Origin: Octopus vulgaris
Taxonomy: Eukaryota
Reading direction: 5' to 3'
Assembly (NCBI GenBank): GCA_951406725.2
Contig: OX597828.1
Location: forward strand, 74,462,001 to 74,526,000
DNA length: 64,000 nt
The position numbers and the translations under genes were made by a program. Each line of letters opens with the position of its first letter. The first letter of the stretch is position 1. Below are positions 50,583 through 63,836 of the stretch, piece by piece. Below the pieces are notes generated by a model, which saw only the letters and a list, made by a program, of their open reading frames with translations, did no database searches and was not told the origin of the DNA.

Positions 50583-51017
50583 GTGGCTGTGTGGTTAGAA
50601 GCTTACTTCCCAATCGCCTGGTTCTGTCCCTCTGGATGACACCAAGTGTCTCCTAACGTATGGCCTCAGGCCGACCAAAGCCTTGTGAATGGATTTGGTA
50701 GGAGGAAATTGAAAAAAGAAGAAAAAAAAGAGCAATGTGGTGCGTGCTAAGAATAAGTCCTGGGGTCGATTTGCTCGACTGGAGGCGGTGCTCCAGCATG
50801 GCCGCAGTCAATTGACAAATATAGAATGTGTTTGTGTATATATATATATATGTGTATACATGTATGTCTGTATATATGTACATGTATATATGTGTGTGTG
50901 TGTATGTATATATGTACATGTATATATGTGTGTGTGTGTATGTATATATGTGTGTATATATATATATGTGTGTATGTGTATATATATATTACGTATGTGT
51001 ATATATATATATGTATA

Positions 51018-52196
51018 TATCCTTAAATCCTTAAAAATGTTCTAGCCCGAAGGCCACGGCCATGCTGGGGCACCACCGCTGAATGAGCTACACTAATATG
51101 TGAATCCACCTCTGATACGTGGCACTTGATCAACAAGGGAGTTCGATGCTGCTGCCTGCATCTACGTCTCCTGTCGTGAGGTAGGTTCATTTGGGACTCC
51201 TGACAAGAAGAGATCCAGTTTAGTTTTAAAGAAACCCACATCCACGCCATGCAAGTCTCTAAGGCCTTTAGGGAGGATGTTAAAGAGCTGTGGTCCTCTG
51301 AAACTCAAGCTGTTGCAGTATCTGGACCTGTATTTTGATGGCGATGTTGGAATCCTTGGCACCATGCAGTGGCGCCCTGTTCTGCGGTTGGGGTAACTTT
51401 GAATGCCAAAGTTTGGGACAAGACCCTCCAGGATTTTCCAGATGTATATCACCGCATATCTCTCCCGCCTCCGCTCTAGGGAGAAGAGGTTTAATACCTT
51501 CAGTCTTTCCCAGTAGCTGATATTTTGCATTGAGACGATTTTCTTTGTGTAGCTTCTCTGAATTGCTTCGAGTTCTGCTGTTAGTTTTATATTGTGTGGT
51601 GACCATAGTTGGGAGCAATAGTCCAAGCGGCTGAGGACGAATGTTCTCCATAGGACCATCAGTGTCTCCTTCTCTCTTGTTCTGAAAGTTCGGAGAATCC
51701 ATCCAGCTAGCCGTCTGCATTTTATCACCAGATTAGTAATATGCACTTGGAAAGATGCATCATTGCTCATGTCAATGCCCAGGTCACGCACTGATTTTGA
51801 CTCAGGGATTGCAATTCTTCCTGGGCCAGTGTATCCAGTCTGCACGTCGTTTACCTTTGTGTGCCGGTAGCGCAGGGCCTGTAACTTACCTGCATTCAAC
51901 TGCATGTTGTTGTCCTCAGCCCACCTGTATATTGTGTCCAACTCCTGTTGCAGATGCGCAATATTTTCAGGGTTTTGTATTGTGTGGGAGACTTTTGTGT
52001 CATCTGCATAGCTAGCAAGGGTGGCCATCGTAGCAACTGAAGGCATGTCTGAAAGGGCCACTATGAACATCAGTGGCCCCAAGACTGCCCTGTGGGACAC
52101 CGCCTGTTATTTGTGTTTCCTTGGAGGTGGCTCCATTGCTCACAACAGCCTGTCTTCTGTCATTTAGGAAGTTGTGCAGCCACTCTCCAAGTTTTC
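51018..52196 (-). mobile_element. 5'-truncated LINE (CR1/L2-like RT and 3' end)
   Basis: GVPQG, VLGPLMF, SYADDTK, SVRDLG, LSRLDYCSQLWSP, LERRRERY. The 3' tail ends in (TTAAGGA)-type repeats. Confidence 0.85.
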
Positions 52197-52455
52197 CATG
52201 TATATATATGTATTTATATATATATATGTATGTATGTACGTTAAGGGTACACGTGTCTGTGGAGTGCTCAGCCACTTACACGTTAATTTCACGAGCAGGC
52301 TGTTCCGTTGATTCGGATCAACCGGAACCCTCGTCGTCGTAACCGACGGAGTGCTTCCATATATATATATGTATGTATCTCTCTATTTTACTTGTTTCAG
52401 TCATTTGACTGCAGCCATGCTGGAGCACCGCCTTTAGTCGAGCAACTAACATATG

Positions 52456-52486
<31 letters not shown>

Positions 52487-52638
52487 ATGTATATATATAT
52501 ATATATGTGTATATGTATGTATATATGTATGTATATATGTATGTATATATGTATGTATATGTATATATATGCATATGTATGTATGTATATATATGCATAT
52601 GTATATATATGTATGTATATATATGCATATATATGTAC

Positions 52639-52669
<31 letters not shown>

Positions 52670-52721
52670 TATATGTATGTATATATATATATATATATGT
52701 ACATATATATACTCTTACTCT

Positions 52722-53120
52722 TTTACTTGTTTCAGTCACTTGACTGCGGCCATGCTGGAGCACCGCCTTTAGTCGAGCAAATCGACCCCGGGACTTATTC
52801 TTTGTAAGCCCAGTACTTATTCTATCGGTCTCTTTCGCCGAACCGCTAAGTGACGGGGACGTAAACACACCAGCATCGGCCGTCAAGCAATGCCAGAGGG
52901 ACAAACACAGACACACAAACACATATACACACATATATATATATATATACATATATACGACAGGCTTCTTTCAGTTTCCGTCTACCAAATCCACTCACAA
53001 GGCATTGGTCGGCCCGGGGCTATAGCAGAAGACACTTGCCCAAGATGCCACGCAGTGGGACTGAACCCGGAACTATGTGGTTGGTTAGCAAGCTACTTAC
53101 TACACAGCCACTCCTGCGCC
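52722..53120 (-). mobile_element. tRNA-derived octopus SINE family B
   Basis: Head GGCTGTGTAGTAAGTAGCTTGCT..GGTTCAGTCCCACTGCGTGG and tail GCGGTGCTCCAGCATGGCCGCAGTC. Related copies at ~50580-50815(+), 53620-53975(-), 54945-55295(-), 58090-58320(-), 60388-60787(-), 62515-62745(+) and 63965-64000(+). Confidence 0.8.
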
Positions 53121-53277
53121 TATGTATATATATATGTACATGTATATATATATGTACATGTATATATATGTACATGTATATATATATATGTATATACAGT
53201 AATATCCTGTAGCAACACCAAATGGCGGTGCCCCAGCATGGCCACAGCTTGTGAGCTGAAACTAGATAAAAATTTTA

Positions 53278-53325
<48 letters not shown>

Positions 53326-53418
53326 TATACATATATATATATATATATTACTCTACCACTGGTATTTGAGTACTCTTTTTTCCACCTTGTTTCACATTTA
53401 TGTGTTTACTCCGGTATG

Positions 53419-53455
<37 letters not shown>

Positions 53456-53574
53456 GTATATATATATGTATATATATGTATATATGTGTATGTATATATA
53501 TATGTGTATGTATATATATATATGTATGTATATACATATGTATGTATGTATGTATATATATATATGTATATATG

Positions 53575-53605
<31 letters not shown>

Positions 53606-54470
53606 CTCTCTCTTTTATTTGTTTCAGTCATTTGACTGCAGCCATGCTGGAGCACCGCCTTTAGTGGACAACTCGACCCCGAGACTTATTCTTTGTAAGC
53701 CCAGTACTTATTCTATCGGTCTTTTTTGCCGAACCGCTAAGTGACGGGGACATAAACATACCAGCAATGCTAGGGGAACAGACAAACAAGCATACACGCA
53801 TGCATATATACGACGGGCTTCTTTCAGTTTCCGTCTACTAAGTCCACTCACAAGGCTTTGGTCGGCCCGGGGCTATAGTAGAAGACACTTGCCCAAAGTG
53901 CCACGCAATGGGACTGAACCCGGAACCATGTGGTTGGTAAGAAAGCTACTTACCACACAGCCACTCCTGTGCCTATGTATATATATATTTATATATATAT
54001 ATATATATATATAATATATGTGTGTGTGTTTGTGTATGTATATATATATATATATGTGTGTGTGTGTATACATACTCTGATATTACGAATATTTCAATGG
54101 GTATATTACAAAGAGACATTCTTTCTGTACCATTTTATCCCATTATCATTTCTGCTAGAAAATTCTAATGGCCCCATGAGCTATTCGCTGCTACAAACAC
54201 CAAATGTAGGCCCACACCTCGCCAGTGCCCTGAAGATCTATGCCAATATATCTTTACATTGTCAGGAGATGAAAATGCCAGGCTTAATATGAGCATTTTG
54301 AACTGGTACGGTCAAGAGAAGTGTTCATTTTTGACTGTGGAGCATGTAGAATGAAGTCCCTCTCAGACCCCGAACCTTGTGCATCTTACGGCTCTCCTTA
54401 ACCGGTTCATATAACGAATGCTACGAATACTTCGGCATTATTGAAAACATCGTACCGAAAATATTGCGAA

Positions 54471-54819
54471 CTAGCAGTATCGCCCGGCGTTGCTCGGGTC
54501 TGTAAGGGAAATAACTATAAAGCATTTTTAGAGAGTTATAGCCAAAAAAATGGGGAAAAATTGTTTTGAGAGTTAAAAAGGTCGAGTTGCGTCCCCTAGA
54601 CAGTGTGGTTTGTGTTTCTGATTCTCGACCCCATGTCGAATTTATCGATTTTTTTTCAGAACTGGGGGAACTTTTCAAAATTTTCGCTGCGTTAGTTTTG
54701 AATTATGACATTGGGCTATGTGTGTGTCAAGTTTCATCAGAATCGGTTGAAAGCCGTGGTCAGGGTGAGGGTACAACCTGACAGACACACAGACAAACTG
54801 CCGTTTATATATAGAGAGA
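54471..54819 (-). mobile_element. Non-autonomous Helitron
   Basis: Minus strand starts TC(TCTATATATAAA) and ends with the hairpin CCCGAGCAACGCCGGG followed by CTAG. Inserted between A and T. Confidence 0.8.
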
Positions 54820-55490
54820 TAAAGGCAGAGTGAGCCGAGAGACTGTTAGAACAGACTTAGTATAAAGTATGGTCGATGGAATTCTCTGCCCTCAACACAA
54901 ATATCCCACAATGCATTTGCAATACCAGTGCTGGTGTACTTTTATTTGCTTGTCCTTTGACTGCGGCCATGCTGGAGAACTGCCTTCTACTCGAACAAAT
55001 CGGCACCGGCGCTTATTCTTTGTAATCTTGGTACTTATTCTATCGGCTTCTTTTGCCGAACCGCTAATTACGGGGATATAAACTCACCAACATCGGTTGT
55101 CAAGCGGCGGTGGGGGATAAACACAGGCACAAAGAGACACACAAACACACATATATATATATACGACGGGCTTCTTTCAGTTTCTACCGAATCCACTCAA
55201 TGCTTTGGTCGGCCCGAGGCTTTTGAAGAAGACACTTGCCCAAGGTGCCGCGCAGTGGGACTGAAACCCAGAACTATGTGGTTGGGAAGCAAGCTTGTTA
55301 GATGTACTATCAAAGTACTACCTCCCAACACGTCGCTAAAATAGAATACGAAACCACCTGAGAAAAGGACATCGTTTGAATGTAGATGACCCCCACTCCG
55401 TAATTGAACGGATACATAAACACCCAATCGAAAGTGTAGGGTGAGAACATTTCTAAACATAGACCGGATATTATTTGGGACACAGAACTA

Positions 55491-55714
55491 TTGAGTTGGT
55501 GCATAATTACTGCCGCATTTTTTCAACAAATTTTATTCAACAAAAACATCTTTAAATGATTATTCCGGAGCATATTCACCATCTACTTCAATTATTGCTT
55601 CCCATTTGCTCGGCAGACGGTCAGACCGTCATTTAAAGAGATTTTTGTTAAATATTGTTTTTGTTTTTCTTGAATTTGTTGAAAGAAAACCGCAATTATT
55701 ATGCACCAATCCAC
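55491..55714 (-). mobile_element. mariner deletion derivative / MITE
   Basis: TA-flanked imperfect TIRs TTGAGTTGGTGCATAATTA / AATTATTATGCACCAATCCAC. Internal minus-strand RLPSKWEAIIEVDGEY resembles the mariner transposase C-terminus. Confidence 0.7.
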
Positions 55715-56039
55715 TATTTACCATCATAGCTTCACCCTAAGCTGAAGCGGATTATTCTCCGGCAATTAAGGAGAAAGTGGATAAATATGGACAATCGCTC
55801 CAAAACCTTCAGATTTTATATCCAAATTATAAATTTACATTTATACCAATAAATGGTTCTGTTATTAAAGTCACTGACAATCTGAGAAAGTATTTTCGGA
55901 AGAATAAATCGACCAACTCGAACATTAGGAATAAAATCTGTAAGTGGAACAGTAAATAAATGCAAGATTTTTCTAAAATTTCGAATGTGATATTGTTCTT
56001 ATCTACATTCTTACGTTGGAGATTTTAATTTTATTCTGT

Positions 56040-56460
56040 ACAGAAAGACTCCGAATAATTATCCTAACACGCACATAGTGTAGTATAGTTTTCATGAAGC
56101 ATCTCCTATGCGGCCCATATGGCATCAGAAGAGTGTTGAAGAGTAATACAACACTTCGCAAATATCTCCTGTGGTAGGTTTTACATAGGCGAAATATGCC
56201 GCCCCTTAGAATAAGGGTAGAGGAACATGGCAAAACTGCGACACGGGAGATTTTGATAAATCGGGTATAGCTGATCATGTATGGAAAAACGGAGACCACC
56301 TCCCCTTGTATGATAAAGTTAAAATAATAGACAGAGAACACCACTGGAAAATATGAAAACTAAAAAAAAGCATTACATATGCTAGGACACAACGACCTTC
56401 TAAGCGGACTGAATGCAAATATGAGCAGCATCTGGGAACCGTATTAAGGAAGGATAGGAG
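56040..56460 (+). mobile_element. Penelope-like element GIY-YIG remnant (non-Naiad)
   Basis: Hand translation across frameshifts: VLKSNTTLRKYL / CGRFYIGEICRPLRIRVEEH / GDFDKSGIADHVWKNGDHLPLYDKVKIIDREHHWKI*KLK. Confidence 0.75.
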
Positions 56461-56499
56461 AATATTAGATTTATAAGCCATAAAAATTCACTACTTAAT

Positions 56500-56727
56500 T
56501 GCCCACGGGCATAGTGGTTAAGAGCGCGGACTACTAACCCCAAGATTCCGAGTTCGATTACAAGCAGTGACCTGAATAACAATAATAACATCGAAAAATA
56601 CCTTTGGAATAAGAACCCAAGTTCGAAATTTCCCCAAAACACCTGATGAAGACGGGAAGGTATATCAGCCGAAACGTTGTGTTAACAACAAACAAGATGA
56701 GGACAAATATCTATCAAATGTAAATAC
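56500..56727 (+). mobile_element. tRNA-headed, hammerhead-containing unit, copy 1 (attached to the PLE 3' end)
   Basis: tRNA-like head with GAGTTCGATT, then AACAC-CTGATGA(56643)...GAAA-CG-T-T-GTGTT. Stem II is mutated. Confidence 0.7.
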
Positions 56728-57037
56728 TTTCTCATTGTCTGATATATATGGTTTAAATCTTTCTTTTTTTTTAACCAAGACAAATGCAAGTATGAAAAAC
56801 GAATAATTGCATTGTTTTGGATTCAAAAGAGTATTTAAAACGCACAAGTTATACCGGCTGCAACTTCGAAGTCACTGTTGTACACATGCAACAACAAAGG
56901 AACAGAGGTTATCCTTGCAAACACGTACAGAAGATGGGTTGGATTGTTGATGCTTATATACACTGGCCAAAATAAGTTTAAGACCAATGATGACAGTTCT
57001 AGTCTTTCATTAATTTATAACACTGTATAAAAAATCA

Positions 57038-57234
57038 TTTTACGCTTTACAGTTTATGTAGAATTTTTTTCTCTTTCGAATGATTCGGGAGTTATACATC
57101 TTTCTACAATTCGAATAATTTTAAGGTGCAATTAATTCAAATGACTAGAAATTGTTCGAATTGTAGAGTGATATATAACACCTGAATCATTCGAAAGAGA
57201 AAAAAAATTCTACATAAATTGTAAAATGCAAAAT
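57038..57234. mobile_element. Hairpin-type MITE (imperfect ~80-bp inverted arms)
   Basis: TTTATGTAGAATTTTTTTCTCTTTCGAATGATTC..CTACAATTCGAA mirrored by TTCGAATTGTAG..GAATCATTCGAAAGAGAAAAAAAATTCTACATAAA. Confidence 0.7.
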
Positions 57235-57253
57235 AATTTTATGCCGACGGGCG

Positions 57254-57465
57254 GCATATGGCGTAGTGGTTAAGAGCGCAGTCTACTAGTCCCAAGATTC
57301 CGAGTTCACTTCCAGGCAGTGATGTGAATAATAATAATATAATAATAACACCGAAAAATATCTCAGGAATGAGAACCCAGGTTCGAAATTTCCCCAAGAC
57401 ACCCGATGAAGGCTGAAGGTTAACAGCAAACAAGATGAGGATAAATATCCGTCAAATGTAAACAA
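57254..57465 (+). mobile_element. tRNA-headed unit, copy 2 (hammerhead partly deleted)
   Basis: A-box TGGCGTAGTGG and the same body as copy 1. The CCGATGA core is followed by a deletion of the GAAAC half. Confidence 0.7.
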
Positions 57466-59364
57466 TGTACGTAATTCCTCATCTCTTAAATATAGAACTG
57501 TATCAGTTAATGTTCCTGTTCGCAATAATTTTATATAAATTTATGAAGGAACCGAACAGTCATGATCGGTCTTCATCTTCGGTGTAGGTTGTCGTCAAAT
57601 TGGTTGTCAGTGTCATGTAAATAGGTTTTCGTTTATTTGAAGACGAGTCTTTCATCCATTGCTAGTTACGTTTTCTTTTGTTTGTTTTTTCACTGTAAAT
57701 AATTGGGTTCTTCTCACAACCATCATTTTGGGTCATAATTAAATGTATTGCGATATTTAAAAGGTGAATTGTTGTTGTTGTTATTATTATTATTATTAAG
57801 GCGGCGAACTGGCGGAATCGTTAGCACGCCGGGCGAAATGTTTAGCGGTATTTCTTCTGCCGCTACGTTCTGAGTTCAAATTCCGCCGAGGTCGATAAGT
57901 ACCAGTTACACACTGGGGTCAATGTAATCGACTTACACCCTCCCCTGTTAATTGCTGGCCTTGTGTCAAAGAAATTATTAATTAAGGCGGCGGGATGGCG
58001 GAATCGTTAGCAGGCCGGACATAAACAATTGCATTTCGTCCAACTTTTTACGTTCTGAGTTCAATTTCTGCCGAGGTCGACCATCAAGTGCATTCTTTTG
58101 CTGAGCTGCTAAGTTACAGAGACAGATTAATCAACAACGGTTGTCGAACGATGTGGTTGGGACAGGCGGGCTTCCACTCAGTTTCCACCTACCAAATTCA
58201 CCCACAAGGCATTTGGGCTGTAGAAGACATTTTCTCAAAATGCCAAACAGTGGGTCTGAACCCGAGACGACGTACGTGGTCGCAAAGCGACCTTCTTAAG
58301 CACACAGCCATGCCTGCACCTATCGTGATTGGGGGAGATTAGCTGCTATTTCTAGCAAATCCAGCAACCATGGGTAGCTATATATTTGCTCAACCATAAG
58401 CAGAGTGATTTGAAAGAGATTGGGAAGGGGGAGCTGCTATGTCTAGCAATTCGATCGACCCTCGTTGGTTTGTCTACTGCCATGTGGTACCTATTGGCAT
58501 CCAGGTGAAGTGGGCCATATTAACTAACGATTCTGGCAGTCGCCGGCTGGGAGTGGTAGTAGGAGGTGAGGGGGAAGCCACAAAGAGATTGTTCTGTTTG
58601 AAGTCACTGAAATGGAAACAGTCAAAGAAGAAACCAACAGAAAACGTTTAATGTCTGGCTTCCACAACGGAATAATTTACGATTCCTTAAATCTCCATTA
58701 TTCGGGGGGGAGAATTTATTCTTTTTTTAGTTTTGTCTTTTTTTGTTCTTGTTTTTTTTTTTTGCCATATTAGAATAGAAGCAAAGCAGTTTTCAAGACA
58801 AAATGGAATATGTGTGTACACACACACACACATGCGCACACACAATTACACGCGTAATGTTCACACTATATATACACTCCTATATATACACACAGACGTG
58901 TGTATGTGTATATAGATATTCTTTTCTACTCTAGGCACAAGGCCCGAAATACTGGAGGAGGAGGCAGGCGATTAGATCGACCCCAGTACGCAACTGGTAC
59001 TTAATTTATCGACCCCGAAAGGATGAAAAGCAAAGTCGACCTCGGCGGAATTTGAACTCAGAACGTAGCAGCCAACGAAATACTGCTAAGCATTTCACCC
59101 GGCGTGCTAACGAGTCTGACCTATTTAAGTCAACATTCTAATATCCTAAAGCTGATGAACCAACTAAACTGTTTCTCCATGTGTGTCTGCCACCACCACT
59201 TGTCAACCGTTGTTGGTGTGTTTGCGTTCTTGTAACTTAGCGTTTCGGCAAAAGGGACCGAGAGGATAAGTACCAAGTTTAAAAAGAAAATTCATGGCAG
59301 TGCTCCATCATGACCGCAGTTTAAGTAAGAAATAAACGATATATATATACACAGGTTGTTTGTT

Positions 59365-59645
59365 CCTTCTCGAGCCATGTCTAGCTGATAAGGGCCGGTT
59401 TTATTGGTGGATAGGTCCTCCACCTGGACGGGACGCCGGTCCGTCGCAGGTGAGCTGCTAGATGCAGGAGGAAAGAGTGAGAGAAAGTTGTGGCGAAAAA
59501 GTCAGCAGAAGTTCCGTCATTACCTTCTGCCAGAGCTGCGTGGAGCTTAGGTGTTTCACTCATAAACATATACATCGCCCACTCTGAGATGCGAACCTTC
59601 GACCGCGAGTCCGCTGCTCTAACCACTCGGCCATGTGCCTCCACA
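59365..59645 (-). mobile_element. tRNA-derived SINE, family C
   Basis: Minus-strand head TGGCCGAGTGGTTAGAGCAGCGGACTCGCGGTCGAAGGTTCG. Confidence 0.6.
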
Positions 59646-60076
59646 CACACATATATATATATATATTTCAAAAATTTAACAAAAACACAGCAAACGGAAA
59701 TATGATAAACAAAATTCGTAGCTTATTCCTCATCAGTCAACGTTCAAAAGATCATAACAATTTCGCGCCTTTGATGTTGATATTGTTCACTTTTGGTGGC
59801 GCCAGTGACGAAAAGCCACTGGGAATAGCTAACGAATATACAGGACAATGTCGAAAACAAACACGACAAAATAAGACATACATATACGGCAAATGTGTGT
59901 GTGCATGTACACTCTGCCTTCAGTCATTTGTCTTCGGCCATATGGGGACACTGTTATGAAGGGCTTCAATTGAACATCTGTACACCAGTATTACAGGGTC
60001 AATAAAGTCAAGTGCCGCTCAAGTACTGGGTTCGACTAATCTCCACCTTAAAAGTGCTTGCTTTGTGCTTCAATCC

Positions 60077-60348
60077 AACTCGGAATCTTGGGGTTTGTAG
60101 CCCGCACTCTTAACCACTACGGGCATATGGTGTAGTGGTTAAGAGCGAAGGCTAGTAACCCCAAGATTCCGAGTTCGATTCCAAGCAGTGACCTGAACAC
60201 TAACAACAACAACATCGAAAAATACCTAAGGAATGAGAACCCAGGTTCGAAATTTCCCCAAGGCACCTGAAGAAGGCTGGAGGGTATCTCAGCCGAAACG
60301 TTGTGTAAACAACAAACAAGATGAGGACAAATATCCGTCAAATGTAAA
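60077..60348 (+). mobile_element. tRNA-headed unit, copy 3, with intact hammerhead and inverted partial head
   Basis: Inverted head at 60077-60120. A-box TGGTGTAGTGG, B-box GAGTTCGATTCC, then GCAC-CTGAAGA-A-GGCTG(loop)CAGCC-GAAA-CG-T-T-GTGT at 60263-60306. Confidence 0.78.
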
Positions 60349-61011
60349 TCGTGTATCTCTACTCGCATTATAAATAATTGCTTTTACCTTTTACTTGTTT
60401 CCCTCACTGGACTGCGGCCATGCTGGGGCACCGCTTTAAAGGATTTAATCGAAAACATCGACTCCAGTTCTTTTCTTAAAGTCTTGTGCTTATTCTCTCG
60501 GCTTGTTCTTTGACGAACCGCTAATTTACAGGCGTGTAAACAAACCAACACTGGTTGTGCAGCCGTGTGTTAAGGGCGAGACACCCAATCGAAATGAAAC
60601 ACGCACACATATATATCCTATATACACGACGGGCTTCTTTCAGTTTCCGCCTACCAAATCCACTCACAAGGCTTTGATCGGTCCGAAGCTATTGTAGAAG
60701 ACACTTGTCCAATGTGCCACGCGGTGGGGCTGAACCCGGAACCATGTGACTGGCAAACCAACTTCATACCACTCAGCCACGCCTGTGTGAGACCAATATC
60801 TCTTCGCCATGCAAGTGTTTGTCTCTTTTATCTCTGCTATTATAATAACGATGTTGGAAGTTGCTTGATGTGGTCCCTATGGGAGTCATTTTGACTTTCT
60901 TCAGCGCAAATGGGGCCGGATTTTCTTTGTCTCTCTTTTTTTCACTTTTGTAAAAGACAACAATGAGAATTACTCCAGACAGGCACGACTGATGCGTGCG
61001 CACGCACACAG

Positions 61012-61124
<113 letters not shown>

Positions 61125-61636
61125 ACTGTCTGTCTATCCATCCATCCAGCTGATGATGATGACAGACTAAGGGAAATAACTCAGGGGGGGGGGGGGTGAG
61201 CAGCATGCATCTGGGCAAGACGCAGAAAGGTTTAATAAATACCATACAAAACAAACTCGTGATTTATCGAAATTATCTTCTCTTGGAGACGCGTGGCCCA
61301 GTGATTGGAGTATCAGACTCACGACAGCTAGATGATGTGTTCGATTCCCAGACCGGGCGACGCGTTGTGTTCTTGAGCAAAACACTTCATTTCGTCTTGT
61401 TCCAGTTCACTCAACTGGAAATGGCTAAGTAACCCTTGACGGGACAGTCTTCCGATCCAGGAGTTTTGTGCAATGTAATCTGTTGTAAACGCGTCGTGGA
61501 GTTGGTTAAAATCGAGTCAATATAAATTCAAATCATTACACACACACACACACAAATGCATTTCTGAGAAACCTACGGTCACATAGCAGGAAGAAGTAAC
61601 GTTCAGTCAAGTAGAAAATTTATAGCCAATTCGTTC

Positions 61637-61692
<56 letters not shown>

Positions 61693-62312
61693 TACAAAGT
61701 GTTGTAATTCACTTCTTTCGTAAGGTGGCGAGCTGGCAGAATCGTTAGCATGCTGAACAAAATGCTTAACGGCATTTCGTCAATCTTCGTGTTCTGAGTT
61801 CAAATTCCGCCGAGGTCAACTTTGCCAGTTGAGTCCTGGGTTCGATGTAATCAACTAGCCTCCTCTTCCTCTCCCGAAATTCTTGGCCTTGTGCCTAAAT
61901 TCGAAGCTAGTTTACTGATGTAGCGTGTTACCCCACCAGAATCCAGTAATTTGCACTCCGTGGTTTCCCGCTTAGATTTCTGCTCAGAACTTGTTGAATG
62001 TTAGACATTATGAAACGGAAGTTATTACGATCAGAGAACACACACACGCGCGTGCGTGCGTGCGTGCGTTCATACTTGTATTTTGTTTCCCTCACATACA
62101 TTTTTCATTTCACAGACACACACACGGACTCACACACACGGACTCACACACACGTGCGCACGTGGGTGGGTGGGTCTATGTGTGACGAGACTGCAAGACG
62201 AACGTTTTAACACCTTCAAAGATTTGAGTTTTCTTTCACTGTACAAATGTATTAAGTTCCCTCAAAGATGTAGTCGTATCTTATGTACCATTCTTCCCAC
62301 TTACTCCATCTC

Positions 62313-62351
<39 letters not shown>

Positions 62352-63689
62352 TATATACACACACACACACACACGTATATATATACATACAAACATACAC
62401 ACACACATATATATATACACACACACACATATATATACATACACACACACACATATATATATATGCACACACATATATAAACATACATATACGCACAAAT
62501 TTATACACACATACAGGAAACTGAAAGAAGCCTGTCATATATGTATGTGTGTGTATCTGTGTTTGTCTCCCACCATCGCTTGACAAAAGATGTGTGTTCA
62601 CGTCCCCGTTACTTAGCGGTTCGGTAAAAGTAACCGATAGAATAAGGACTAGGCTTACAAGGAATAAGTCCTGGGGTCGATTTGTTCGACTGAAAGACAG
62701 TGCTCCAGCATAGCCGCAGTCAAAAGACTGAAACAAGTTAAAGAACAAAAAATATAGAATACATATATTTATACGCACACACACACATACATACATACAC
62801 ATATGTACATGCACACACATATACACATATGTACATGCATACACACATGTGTACATACACAGACATATACACATGTACACACACATATACATACACATAT
62901 GTACATACGCACCCACGCACATATACACATATGTACATACACATTAATATATATACATAAACACACGCACATACACATACATATATATATACATATATAT
63001 ATATACGCACACGTATTTTCGACCCCCCCCCCCCTACAATACACGAGGACACAGTTCATTAAACTGACACATCACCGAGTTGTTGGCGGGGTGGATGGGC
63101 GGGTGGGTGCCACCCTAATCCCTTATGCAAATAAATCCCGACAGAAAGATAGGGATTTTGTTACTAACAAATTTAACATCGTCTGAGAAGCTCAAGTGTA
63201 CCCCGTTCCATCAAGCGTACCCCGTTGGGTGTTGTTTGATTCGACCCCCGCCATCCCACCCCACCCCCAAAACCAAGACGCTAACAGCAGGTAAAAAGAA
63301 ATAAAGAAAAAGAAAAATTGCATCTGTTTACTGATTCCAGGGAGCAAAATATTTTTTATGAAGTTCTTGTCTGCAGCAAAGCTTTCAGAATTCTATCAAA
63401 AGAAATGAAAGCTGTCACAAGAGGGAATCGAGATAGCATATTGAATGCACGTGTGCGCTTAAGAACACCATCATCTTCATCATCATCATCATCATCTTAC
63501 CTATACACACACACACACGTGCTTGTACACCGGTACGTATAATGGTAAATGTCTAATAGTGGAATGACTACCTCTATAGCTTTAATTCTTTACTTCGCAG
63601 TGCAAAATAAACCCACCATTATATTTCCAATCGACAGATCCTCAGAAAACAACCAAAAAAGATTCTTTTCGACCGACAAAATAATCTAA

Positions 63690-63836
63690 AGCTGTCATGG
63701 CCAACCCGTCGGATTTTCGCAATGGCATGTCAACGAAAAATTATCCGAGAAATTTTTTTTGTAGTTAGTGCGGCCCACCTGATGGTAATCCGCGTCTCAT
63801 GCGGTCCGCATCTTAGAAAAGATTGGCCCATGCCTG
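63690..63836. mobile_element. Possible hAT-type MITE remnant
   Basis: CATGGCCAAC ... ATTGGCCCATG inverted ends with internal GCGGCCC/GCGGTCCGC motifs. Confidence 0.35.

Noticed and set aside
55740-55960. Possible restriction-like endonuclease LINE C-terminus (KEKVDKYG..LYPNYKFTFIPI)
   Set aside because: Too short and degenerate to call without a profile search.
56500-60200. tRNA genes
   Set aside because: The heads lack a paired acceptor stem, differ in the anticodon loop between copies and run into a shared repeat body. They are SINE-like heads.
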